Origin: Octopus sinensis
Taxonomy: Eukaryota
NCBI RefSeq assembly: GCF_006345805.1
Contig: NW_021833026.1
Location: 682,001 to 746,000, forward strand
Length of the DNA stretch: 64,000 nt
Direction of reading: 5' to 3'
The translations under genes were made by a program, and so were the position numbers. Shown in pieces: positions 40,023-52,115 of the stretch (positions are counted from its first letter, which is position 1; each line of letters begins with the position of its first letter). Below the pieces are notes generated by a model. It saw nothing but the letters and a program-made list of their open reading frames with translations, searched no databases and was not told where the DNA came from.

Positions 40023-40439
40023 CGGGTGTTGCCGTTGACCTGACCATTATCATTTTGACTACTTTCCTGGCTACCATCTAATTTTGTTTTTAGACTTTCA
40101 TTATACGAGTAATAACAATCAGGAAAAGCTTAATATCTATAAATTAGTGATCCAACGTGATTGTGACTTAACACAAATGTTTGGAAAAATCACTTAGGGC
40201 TTTAGATACCGTGATTTCATTGGAGAATGTTGCGAGACATTCAAAATTAATCTTAATTCAACATGACGTTGCATTTTTCGGCTTCCCGCCCTTGAAGCTT
40301 TTAATTAATTAACTTGTAATTAAATACTTGTTTAAAAAAAATAATAATAAAAAAATAAAATCCTTGGATTTAAACAGAAACTAAATATTTGGAAGAATCA
40401 TGTAAAACTTAATGATTTAGAACAAGGTATTAAATACAA

Positions 40440-40880
40440 AGATAAGAATATTTTAGATAATAATATAATGATTAGTGATTGTGTTATATCTCATTTAGAA
40501 GAATTGGAAGAGAGCATCAATCATTATTTTCCGTCTCTTAATATTGAAATATATGATTGGATTAGAAATCCATTCTCCGAATCATGTGACTATCAACTTA
40601 CTCTAACAGAAGAGGAGGATCTTTGTCAACTTCGATATGACCGCACACTAAGAATTAAATTTACTGAAATGACGACAGATAAGTTCTGGATTTTGATAAA
40701 AGATTCTTTTCTTCAATTTTTATAAAAGCAATCAAAATATTCCTTCAGTTCTTAACATCATATAAGTGTGAACAAGCTTTCTCTTGTCTCGTCGACATTA
40801 AATCAAAAACCAGAAAGAGGTTGTTATCAGTTGAAGATGAACTCCGCGTATGTTTGTCGCAGTCAACTTCAATCCAGAGT
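40440..40880 (+). mobile_element. hAT (ZBED5/FAM200-like) transposase 3' fragment
   Basis: HLEELEESINHYFP..WIRNPF..DRTLRIKF..KFW..SYKCEQAFS..IKSKTRKRL. Confidence 0.8.
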
Positions 40881-41019
40881 TAGACTTAAGTCTAAAAATA
40901 ATGATTAAATTAAAATAAAGTCAAAAAAAAGTTTATATAAAAAGTTCTTTAGGTCAATTTGGTCAACTTTTTAGATTTCCAGGTCAATTTTTTTAATTAG
41001 GTCAATTTTAAATTAATTT

Positions 41020-42011
41020 ATTTCAAATTAAAAGAGAAATAGTCATTGGCAGATAGCCAGAGTATTCCCTCTGACTATGGCTATAGATATTCTTTCGATT
41101 AAATACCGGTGCTCACACGGGTCGCCGGTAACCCTTTCGATTAATGAGGCAATACGCTGGAGTAGGGTCCGAGTAGAAGGCCCCTGTATTCCTGACGTCT
41201 CAACAGCCAGGGGGACAAACACTCTCCCGTTCCCAATTCCAGTATTTCTCAGCTTTTCTTTCTCAGCCCGTTCAGACGGGGCTCCAGGATTCTCGATGCA
41301 TAATTTGATGTTCTGTTTAGAAAAGGAGTTCACACACGTGACGTCCCAAACCAGACACTTCCCCTCTGGAATGGAAATGTGGTCATCCCATCGGGTCTTC
41401 TGCCGTCCTCTACGAAAATCCCTGCAGGTTCCAATTGTGTGTGGAATCCAGCAGTTCGAAGAGATCGACAGATGATCTGGTTCAGTTCGGAATGCCGTGA
41501 GGAACGTCCAATTCCGTTTCGACAGGAGAGGGAGTGGTATCCAAACTCGTCAGTCCACACGCCGCACCGGCATTGGGTTTTTCATAAACGCGTAGACCGA
41601 GGCGCAGACAAACTCCAATTCTTACGGCTTCATCATTAAGAAGGCAGCCAGTTGTATTACAAGGGTAACAGTTTAGCCACGCGCCGCTTAGGGGCTGGCT
41701 GCCCGCTTGTAAACAAGCCAACCTTCTCTGGTCCATGGTTTCCTTTAGGCATGAAAACGTATTGGCGTGGACTTTCGACGTCCACTCCGATTGGCAGGTC
41801 ACATCAGATGGCAATGGCAATCCCAGCTTTTCCCATACGGCGACGCAATCATCCACAGCAAATGATTTCCTCTGTTCGTTTATTTGAGAAAGAACAGTGT
41901 CGATCATATCTCTGGACGAAGTACTGAGGAAAAATATCGCCGTGCGCTGAATCTGCCGGGTGTGATCAAGCCGATCCCTCCAGGGAAATTGGGAGAGTCG
42001 CCGAGTCGGAT
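41020..42011 (-). mobile_element. 5'-truncated CRE-like non-LTR retrotransposon, second subfamily
   Basis: ATLPISL.G.G; SGAWL..P..LLNDEAVRIGVCLRLG; DEFGYHSLSC..RHSELNQI..EPAG..DGRRPDG; FVPLAVETSG..ERISIAIVRGN. Several frameshifts. Confidence 0.85.
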
Positions 42012-42124
42012 CATTTTTAATAAAAATTTAAATAATATTATTTAAAGCATCAAAATAAATTTAAATAGTCGCAGTGACATTTGTCTCTTATTGTAACAAT
42101 TTTAAACTAAATTATAGTGTACTT

Positions 42125-43700
42125 ATGCCTAAAAATAAACCTCGGATTTTTAAAAAGCTAAAATATTTGTGAAAAATATCCTAAAGAGTTTACAATTACA
42201 CTAAATGGAATGCTTTTTTGTAAATTATTGATTACATGTGACATGCAAGAAACAATTTTTTGTGAACAACACAGGGAAACACAGAACACTCTCCCGACAA
42301 ATAATATATCCACAAATAAAAAACAATTGAATATTGTTCCTCCAAATTATGTCTTCAGAAATTTTGCAACAGAAGTAACAGAAGCATTTGTATCCGCAAA
42401 CATTCCGCTCTATAAATTGAGAAATCGAGCAATTATCAACTTATTTGGAAGTATCGGGCATCCACTTCTTTCAAAGTTTACTTGCCGCAATATGGTAGAA
42501 ATTTTAGCACAACAAAAGATATCCAAAACAATTAATTTAATTTCAAATAAGAAAGTTAGTCTATTGGAATAGTATAATTGTTAAGGTTTTTTTGATTGTG
42601 GACGAAACTGATGTTGGGAGAAACAAATTTGTGAATTGTCTAGTTGGAACGTTGGAAAATCCGCATAGATCTTACCTAATAGATTGTATAAAAATTGATT
42701 CCTCTCCGAATTCTTCTATCATCAGTCAAATAATTGATGACACTATTCGGAAAATGAATGTTGAAAGAAACAATTTTTCTCTCCTTATTACCGATGCTGC
42801 TCCATATATGGTTTCTGCAGGAAATACTCTCAAGCTATTATATTCCACTCTATACCATATCACATGTTTTGCTCATTTAGTGCATAATTGTGCACTTAAA
42901 ATAAAAGTATATTATCCCGAAGTTGATAAATTGATTGCTTGTATCAAAGCACTTGTTGTAAAGAACAATTATCGAAGACAATATTGTTTAAGGAAATTGG
43001 GTACCCACCAGAACCAATAGTTACGAGATGGGGAAGCTGGCTTAAAGCTGTTTCTTACTATGCTACAAACCTGCCAAATGTTATTCAAGTATGCACTTCC
43101 TTAGAAGGAAATTCTTGCTCATTAAAAGAGCGAAAGAATGTTTATTTAATGAACAACTTCATGAAGATCCAACGACGATAATATCACAATATTCACCTTT
43201 ATTACATTTGCTTGATTATTTAGAATCGACCAATTTTACTATAAAAAAGCATTCAATTATTTGAAAACATTGGATTTTAAAGAAGACGTGTGTGGAATAA
43301 AAAATTATATTATCAAAAGGATGAATTCCAATGATATCACAAAAATTATGAATTTCGATGATCATTCCATTTCACCTTTAGATTATTCTTTGTTGATTGA
43401 ATGTCGGGCAACATATTGCGCAGTAGAACGATCATTTTCGATTCTTAACAAAATCTTAACCAAGGATAGGAATTTTAAGTGGATAATGTAAAATATTACT
43501 TAATTGTAAATAACTCGATAAACGATGAATAAAATTACTTTAAATTTTCATAAACGTAGTTTATATATGAAAATAAAGTAGTATTTTTACGGTCAATTAT
43601 TTGGTCAATTTTTAAAATTTTAAGGTCAATTACATTGACTTTTTAAGGGCAATTTTTATTTTTTTAAGTCAATAAAAATGTTGCTCTACTCATTAGTTAT
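42125..43700 (+). mobile_element. Degenerate hAT-like transposase (CGGBP1/DUF659-type) with GGTCAA subterminal repeats
   Basis: AFVSANIPLYKL; KK|VFLIVDETD; LLITDAAPYM; HITCFAHLVHNCA; PEPIVTRWGSW; CAVERSFS. GGTCAA clusters at about 43590-43660, and also at 40950-41005. Confidence 0.8.
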
Positions 43701-43730
43701 TATAATTACTTTTGGTAATTTTTTAAAAAA

Positions 43731-43745
43731 GGTTGGGAAACGCTG
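43731..43745. mobile_element. Isolated hAT right TIR
   Basis: GGTTGGGAAACGCTG is the reverse complement of CAGCGTTTCCCAACC. No partner TIR was found. Confidence 0.45.
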
Positions 43746-44311
43746 GTCATAAACCCTCATTTTCTTTTCCATGATCTTATCCGGAGCGATTTTTCCCTTC
43801 ATTGATTCTTCCCAGTTACTCTTAGGCCTGGTCTTGTTGGTAAGGCTTTAATATGTGCACTGTCCAGATGATATCGGTAATATCGTTGATATTGGCATGG
43901 GACCAATATATTGTTTGATTGATGCGCTGATTCCATTTAAAATGTCCTTTTTACAGTTGTCTTGGAATTTTCCTGGTTGGGACATGGAGGTTCCTTCTGG
44001 TAGTACGTATTCGCTTAATTTGGCAACAAAACTTTTTTAAAACATTTTCCAAAAATGGAAATTTCAGCCTTTCAGCCTTCACTGTTAACTTTGTCAATTA
44101 AGCCCTGGAGCGATAGAAAATGAACTGAGAGGTCACAAGTAACCATTTCTTGTGCTCCAAGCACATCCTGGACCAAATTATCTACGGTATTTTTGTGTTT
44201 TCTTTTGTCGCCGTAGAGTGGTCGGCAGAGAGGTTTCTGTTAATTACTCATATATTTTATTAGTAATTATAAATAATTTATTATTTTTTAAATTAAATAC
44301 ATTCTTACACT

Positions 44312-45734
44312 ATGTATAACAATGTTGTGTTTGGTGGTGTACTATTTTTTATAAACTAGTATTGACGGTTGTATGCTCTGTCCTGGTGGGGATCTTTGGC
44401 AGAAAATACATGGGACCGCCAAAGCCAGGAATCATTGGAATTGACCTGGGCACTACCTACTCCTGTGTGGGATCGTACCAGGCTGGTTCTGGGGAGGTAT
44501 ATGTCATTCCAGATGAAAAAGGATATTTATGTATTCCCAGTATTGTCTCTTTTAGGTTAATTATTTACTAATTAAATAATTTATTAATTATTAAAATAAA
44601 TTTTAGTGAAACAAAGGGGATTCTTGTGGGACATGAAGCACTGAAAGACAGAAACAGCCACAACACCATTTTTGATTCCAAACGATTCATTGGGAGGAAA
44701 ATAACCAACGACCAACTAATCAAAGAATCTGGAAATTTCCCTTTCAGTGTACTTTTCCTTCATAAGGCTAAAGATTGGTAGAGATGATGAAGGAGGGGTC
44801 TACTATACCATTAAAAATTCTTCCAACAGCTTTAGAGTGACCCCCACGGATATAGCCAGTCTTATTTTTGAACGACTGAAAAATATGGCCCAGATCCAAC
44901 TCTCAAAACACATTAGTCAAGCCGTCATTTCATTTCCCGCGGATTTTGATAATTTCCAGAAAGAAGAGACCCTCAAAGCAGCCAAAATGGCGGGTTTTTA
45001 AAACTTGCTCATTTTTTGAAGGATTGAGAGTGATGGGGACGTTGAGTGAGCCAACAGCAGCCTCGATGGCCTACGGACTCCACGAATGTCGGAATGTCTC
45101 CTATTTGGTGGTGGTGGACTTTGGTGGAGGCACATTTGACGTGTCCCTGCTTTTTCTTTCTGGTGGAATGTTCTCGACTCTGGCCATGGCTGGTCTGGTT
45201 TGTGGGTGAAGTGGTAGGAGACAACCATTTGGGGGGTCAAGACATCAATTCGCTTCTTTTTGACCACTTTCAGCAAGTCACGATCTTTATGGTCTGAGCT
45301 CGACCGACACTGAGTTGGTTAATGAGGCAGTCGAGGCTGCCAAAATCAGTCTGTCCACTCAGGATTCAGTCGAGTATGGGTTCACTGTGGGGGGAAAACA
45401 TGTTTCTGGTGTCCTAACTCGAGACGTGTTCGATGGACTTATTTCGTGTTTATTTGGACGGATTTTGAAGCCGATTGAAGTGTTGTTGGAAGAGGATGGA
45501 AGGAGTGTTAGTGAGATAGACCAAGTTGTGTTGGTTGGAGGGTCTACGCGTATTCCTGCTGTGAGGAGACTGCTTGAGGAATATTTCAAGTTTCCGCCAA
45601 ATGTTTCTGTCGAGCCTGAGATTGCTGTTGTGTTGGGAGTCGCCATGCAGGCAGGGATTATTGGAGGAATGTGGCCTGTCACGGTCAGTGTCAATGAAAT
45701 TCCCCGCAGTATATTTAAAAAGACAGTTTATTGA
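44312..45734 (+). CDS. HSPA13: Microsomal Hsp70 family member HSPA13/STCH
   Basis: Hydrophobic N-terminus, then [33 protein letters not shown]; [12 protein letters not shown]; GDNHLGGQD; [10 protein letters not shown]. Ends after the ATPase domain (..[11 protein letters not shown]). One apparent 1-nt frameshift near 45278. Confidence 0.92.
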
Positions 45735-45829
45735 AATAAAATTTAATTTATCCTTCTATTTGTGATTAAAACAGGCTAAAATAAGATAACATGTGTCGCC
45801 CGATAATAGTTATAAACAAATTATGTTTA

Positions 45830-46317
45830 ATGGATGAATGGAATTTTTTGTTTTGCTGTTTCTGGCATCTGTTCATAGATCAGGTTTGAGGTAACAGATT
45901 AGTTTTTAAGTGAAATCGTTCAAAAGTGACAAAAGCGAATATTTTCCTGTACATGAATGGGTCACGTTCAAAGAAGCAATGAAAGAGTGTGAAAACAAAG
46001 GAATGAAAGTTATAAATATTGATGATTCAACGGAAAATACATTTTTGTCAAGTATTTTTAATTTTTTATTCAGAAATGCTTTCACCTAACATTGACTACT
46101 ACTTGGGCATATACTATTATAAGGATGTCTACGAATATAGAAAACTTGGAAAACAGAAACTGGTTTTTCTTTATTCTAATCACAGACCTACACAAATTGG
46201 GACCCGAATTTCGAGAACGACGGATATTCTTGCGTGGAGTTTAATTCTGGAAAAAATTTATGGAGAAAGGTGAATTGCAGTTTTCGCCGTTTTTACATAT
46301 GCGAAAAGACTATTTAG
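45830..46317 (+). CDS. Secreted single-domain C-type lectin
   Basis: Signal peptide MDEWNFFVLLFLASVH; VTFKEAMKECENKG..; YYLGI..; LTYTNWDPN..SCVEF..WRKVNCS..FYICEK*. Introns are 27, 22 and 23 nt. Confidence 0.85.
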
Positions 46318-46611
46318 GGGCTTATTCCTGGCTGTACTAATATCTTAACATTATTTTAATACAATTATTAATAATTAGTTCAATGCCATATGTTATAGCA
46401 CCTGTCAGTTATCTTTAATTATTATAATTCGATTTTTGTATGTTTGATGGATTAACTTGTAAAAAAGAGACAAGCCTCCCAAGTTTCCTCAGAAGGAAGA
46501 AAACTAATATAGGAAAAATTCTTTATTTAATCCAGTTATTTAAAATATCATTAATTAGGTCTGTTTTAATGCATTTGAACTATTTAAAAAAGAGTCTTTA
46601 TATTAAGATAT

Positions 46612-46750
46612 CTTCGCAAACGAGCTAGGACTGGTGACCAAATACCACAAGCGGTACTTAAGACAGTTGGGTGTAGATAAGTTTATACAGGCTTATATCA
46701 ACTCTTCTTAAGATGACTCTGGAGAGTGTCTCGTTTGATGCTCGTTGATC
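46612..46750 (+). mobile_element. 3' fragment of an RLE-type (R4/NeSL-like) non-LTR retrotransposon
   Basis: ANELG/GLVTKYHKRYLRQLGVDKFIQAYI..STLLKMTLESVSFD resembles, from memory, the C-terminus WDGIVT.YHK.Y...IG....QAYIQS.VLK.TLESISFD of RLE retroelements. Confidence 0.65.
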
Positions 46751-47181
46751 CAGTCCTTTCCTGACGTTTAGTCACCGAGAGGCGCTGGACTGCACCTTTC
46801 CGAAGGTCTACATTGCCAGAGAAAAGGAGGAAGAAGGGGAGGAGGTGCGTGGAGTGCCACCCTCTGCTCACTTCAAAGGCTCTGGACTTGGAAAAATTAC
46901 TTAGTTAATTAGTTCCTTTTTATTAATAAAGTAAGTTAAAATATCTTCTTGAAGATATCATTCTCCAATGTTTATCAAGAAAGTATATGCCGTCGGAGAA
47001 TATAAACAACTCTTGTATTTGTTTGTCGGATATTAAAAAATCATTTTATATATTAAATACAATTACATTTTCCTTTTAATTAGATAGGATCCTTTTAAAT
47101 GGATATTAATATTTTCATAAATTAAGTTTCATGTAAAAGAATAAAATGTAAGTTGCTTAGAATTATCCATAACAACAAGAA

Positions 47182-50100
47182 ATGGGTGAAACTTTCAGCA
47201 AAGTTGCAGTTTGGCAAAATCAGGACGATTCTACAAAAAGATCCCTTGCATACTCCAAACTCAATTTATTCCTTTTTAAAAAAATATACAATTTTTTGAT
47301 CAAAATTTGCCTTGAAAAACCAAAATTAAAAAACGTGGTCTTCAAAACTCCCGTAATTTGGAACACGACCATCACAAACTTTCCCAGAACTGAAAAGTGG
47401 GCACTACGTAACATTATTATACAGAGAGGACACAAAGTCGTCCAAGGGACAAGGCACTTTTAATCGAGAATTAGGGACTTTTGAAGCATGGACTGTCGAA
47501 CAAATACTAAAAGTGCTCGAATTAAGCAAAGAAAATGTGATTATCGAACTTCAAAGTTTACTTCAAAGTAAAACTAATCATAAAATACAATTCAGGTAAT
47601 CCCGATCCCAAACAGATAATTTTACAACAAAAAATACAGCCAACCACCTTAGAACCCAACGACAAGATCGAGGATGGTGAAACTCCCGGAGTTCCAAATG
47701 ACAGTGGCAAAATACGAAACAAAAAATTTCGTCACATGCTTTACAATTTAATTTCTGAGTTCGATTTGCATCTGCGAGAACAAGAAATGCAAGATCTGTC
47801 TCTGTATTGCAATAAACGTGACAAATAGTGCCAATGTGTTCATCGCTCAGACAGTGGAAATGACAGTTTCTGAAATTGCCCAAAAGACTGGATTTGACCA
47901 AGAAAGGCATTTATTACAAGAAATTAGCTTTACTGGTAAAAGTTAATTAAAATAATATTAGATGAGTATGTTTATTCGAATGGGTGCCACATTCCTTCAT
48001 GGCGTCAAACAGAAGATGAGATTGCAGAACTATCAGTCACTCCTCTTGACGGGGACCATTTTTATGTTATGGTTTCGATCGACGGATTTTATATTAAAAA
48101 AGTACTTGAACTTAATAAAATTCGTTTAGGAGAATCAAAAGTATCAGAAACTGCCGCAACTCTTGGCTGAGAAAAGTGAAATTTTTAAAAGAAATTTTTA
48201 TGCAGAGGTACTGGTTGTAGAACTAAAATAAATAAGGCTCGAGATGAATCGACATCTGGTAACACGGGAGTCGAAAATAGTCAAAATAATGAATTGAAAC
48301 CCAAAATTGAAATTTCTGAAAAAATTATCCAAATACAAGATTTCAGATTCAAAGAAACCTTGAGTTATAAAACATTATTGACGGAAAATATGATCGAGTA
48401 AACAAACAATAATTAAATAAATTAGAGAAGAAGAACGAAATTCAAAAAGCAAACAAATAAAAAAGTTAATTAATAGCCACTCATTAAAAGAAGTCGCGAT
48501 AAACAAGAAATGGAAACTTCTTCCGAAAGTGCCAGCGATGACGCCGAAAAGAAGATCGAGGCACATATAGATTTGCCTTCTGAATACTGGCTGATACAAA
48601 AACTGATCAAATATATCAAAGTACGTATACAGCCTCAATTTTATAGTTCGGTAATAAAGTTGCCACTGTTCTGGGACTTGTGTTACTTGGGGACATGAAT
48701 TTGTCACTCGAAACAAGTCAGCAGGCCATTAAAGAAGCAGGAGGATTGGAAATCTTGATCAATTTGTTACAAACGTCGGAAACACGTTGCAAAGTGACTT
48801 CAATTTGAAAACTGAACTGTTTTAGATTGGAGCATTGCAGGTTATAAAAGAAATATCAACAAATTCTCGAATTCAGCGAACAATCGCGGATTTGGGTGGA
48901 TTGGAAATTATGGTCGAGTTGTTGATGGACAGAAATAGCAAGCTAAGACAACTATCAGCTCACACGATCGCCATAATCTCCAGGTTTGGAAGAGGAAGGA
49001 AGGCTGTTCGGAGATATGGGGGTATCCAAAAATTGGTTTTTTATTAAAATATGTTCTCAGGTCACATTATTACGCATTGGATGCAACGAGACTAAAAATT
49101 CTGACGACAAAGACGTTGAAAGTGCCAAATCGAGCGCTTTGGCTTTGTGTAGTTTAGCGGAAAGTGCCAGCAATAGACGTCTCATGAACCAATGTGGAGT
49201 GACCCCACTTCTTGGAGAACTTTTAAAATCAAAAAACGAGGATTTGTTGATTCCGATTGTGGGGACATTAGAAAAATGTGCAGTTGAGGTTATATTGTGA
49301 TTTTTCATATTTTTTTGAACAGCAATCATACCGACTACAAATCAGGAATGAAGGAATGTTAGAAGGACTAGTTAAATGTCTATCAAGCGAAAATGTCATT
49401 CTGAACACATATTGTGCCAAGGCTTTGTTCAATGTGAAAATAAAAAAAGTAATAAACACAGTGCGGGGAGGATAGCGAAACTCGAAATCTCATAAGACAA
49501 TACGGCGGATTGAAGCCCTTAGTAGGATTTCTCACTCAAATCGACAATAAAGAATTGATTGCTGCTGCCACAGGAGCAATCTGGAAATGTGCTATAAACG
49601 AAGAAAACGTGCAAGTTTTTGGAAAATATAAGACTACATCTCAACTTGTTGGATTACTTGTCGATCAGCCTGATGAAGTAATTAATGAAAAATTTGATCA
49701 TTAGGTACTTGTCAACGTCACTGGGGCTCTCAGTGAGTTGGCGAAATGCTCAGATTGCAGAGCAAAGATCCGGGCTTCAAATGGAATAGTTTTACTCATA
49801 AATCTACTTGTTGGAACTAATAAAGACCTGTTGGCGAATGCCACTAAAGCAATAGGAGAATGTGCGCACGACAACGAAAACTTGCAGTAAAAATATAACC
49901 AGGTTAATACACAGAATAATCGACAAAAATGACGGAGTAAGACTTATGTGGTCTCTACTGAAAAATCCAAATCCAAGAGTACAGGCCAACGCAGCCTGGG
50001 CCATCTCTCCCTGTGTTAATAACCTCAAAGTTCATAATTAATTATAATTAATTCTCAGGAGGCTGGTGAACTAGTACGGTCCTTTGTTGGAGGAATAGAC

Positions 50101-50665
50101 TTGATCGTCAGCCTCCTCAAGTCCCCTCATATTGAGGTACTTGCAAACGTCTGTGCTGCAATAGCCAATATTGCCAAAGACCACGAAAACCTAGCCGTGT
50201 TGACAGATCATGGAGTGGTGGCCACCCTTTCGGCCTTAACAAACACAGTTTGTTCTCAATATTAACCTTAGACGTGTATTAAATTAAGAGAACACTTAGC
50301 AATGGCCATTGCTATGTGTTGTGGATACTATCAAAACAGGAGGGAATTCGGGCTCAGAAACACTGTCCCACCACTTGTCAGTTACGTCAAAACTGATGAC
50401 TTTAAAGTACAAAGAGCAGCAGTGATTGCACTTCAAAAACTCTCATTAGACCAAGAGAACTGCATTATTATGCACAGAGAAGGACTTGTTAAGGCATGTT
50501 GTATTTTAATCATATTAGTTACTTATTGGACTTATGAAATATGGGGATAATGCCATGCAGGAGGCAAACGCCGCCTGTATTGCCAACATAAGGCAATTGG
50601 CACTAAGGAATGAAAGAGAAAGACTACAAAAACTATACAGACATAAAAGCTCAGTAAAATGCTAG
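47182..50665 (+). CDS. ARMC4: Outer dynein arm docking complex subunit ARMC4/ODAD2
   Basis: [17 protein letters not shown]; [15 protein letters not shown]; [14 protein letters not shown]; AATGAIWKC; VQANAAWAI..; [20 protein letters not shown]; [10 protein letters not shown]. Confidence 0.93.
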
Positions 50666-51158
50666 TCAGGATTAATCATTGTTAACAAAACTAACAAATA
50701 CTAATTTTTGACTGGTCCTTTTGAACAAGGGATATATTTTGGCAAAGAAGTCGGCTTTCTTACTACAATACAAAAAGTTTCGAGACCTGACCGGCCAGCG
50801 GAGTAGCTGTCCTAAAGAAAGATTAATTAACGATAGTTATAATTAATTGAGTTACATATTACGAACTGTCACCGGTTGAGAGTGATTGCAGGCTGAGAAC
50901 GATTTAAAGCCTTATAGTAATAAATCTAAATTCATCTCCCGGTGTATATGAATACATAAAAATCACATAATCATTTTCAAATAACTGTCTTATTTATTTA
51001 AGCTAATTCTTCTTGGAGAAATTTAAAGTTGTTCAATGCATATTGGTTTATTATTTACATAGTCAAATAAATAATATTTTTTAATTCTTTATAGAAAATT
51101 AACTCCAAAATGATAAATTATTGAATAATTGAAAATAAAATATCACTAATTAATTCTA

Positions 51159-52115
51159 ATGCTTCCATTTGCTCTATTTTTAATTCATTCCATAATCAAT
51201 GATAACTGTGACCTGAAAAAATAGTTTTTGAAGATTTATTCATTTTTATTAGTGGTTTGTCGAATTGTATGTTTAATTTAACCAACTTTGAGGAATATCA
51301 TCGAAGACTTTACATTCTAAATGATGTAAATTTTGCCAATTTAGAAATTTTTTCAAATTTGACAAACTTGGAATACTTGTAATAAGAATTTCATTAATAC
51401 TAGTAACTGTAATGGAAACTCATTAGACAAACTACTAACTAATTCTTTTGATGGGTTGAATCTCTTAGAAGAAATGTACTTTTAAAGATTTTGAATTATT
51501 AGATATCTTTATGGCTGTGCAAAGCTAAGTTACATTGCTTTAAACGCGTTTTCAAATCTTCCCAGTTTGAACGAGATGTAGTGATCATATTATAACATTA
51601 CAGTACCATGCCAATGAATTCAATTTTCATAAAGCCTGAAAACATTAATAACGTCAAAATTCGGTATTTCAAATTAATTATTGTTTAGGTTTTATCCTGG
51701 ACAGAAAATTTGCACTCATCTCGATGCCTCACAGCCGTCAATGTATGCAGAAATATTATCATTGTAGACTTACAACAGATGGGAGTAAACTTTCTTATTT
51801 AACTTTTAATTTTGAAAAACAGATGTTAATTTCCGGAAGGTCAACGTTAAGAATACAGGAAGCATTTGGTATGAGTTGGTTTACTTATCAACAGAGTGCA
51901 ACTCATGTCTGCCGGAAAGATTGAACATGCTGTGCAATGAAGTTTGCACGTAATTAATTATTCGGATGTTATTAACTAATTAATTTTGTTTCCTTGTTTC
52001 ACACTTTCCCTTCAATTAATAGCGATGGATGGGTCAGAGTACTCTCAAAACGTTAAAGTGGATTGCTTCCAATGCTTATTCGAATAAAAAAATAGATTGC
52101 GTTTTTGGCACTTAA
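51159..52115 (+). CDS. Secreted leucine-rich-repeat protein, paralog B
   Basis: MLPFALFLIHSIINDNCDLKK; IFSNLTNLEYF|NCNGNSLDKLLTNSFDGLNLLEEI|YLYGCAKLSYIALNAFSNLPSLNEI. Intron positions match paralog A. Confidence 0.75.

Noticed and set aside
39933-40081. GPI-tailed frame as the main LRR-A product
   Set aside because: Paralog B supports the WYCLN..ITC frame. The tail is kept only as a possible alternative isoform.
43750-44230. LINE C-terminal remnant
   Set aside because: Only a vague resemblance in one broken frame, not enough to list as a feature.
45270-45300. HSPA13 pseudogene or an exotic GC/GAG intron
   Set aside because: A single missing base restores ..[12 protein letters not shown].., and the rest of the gene is intact. 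It is most likely a sequencing indel.
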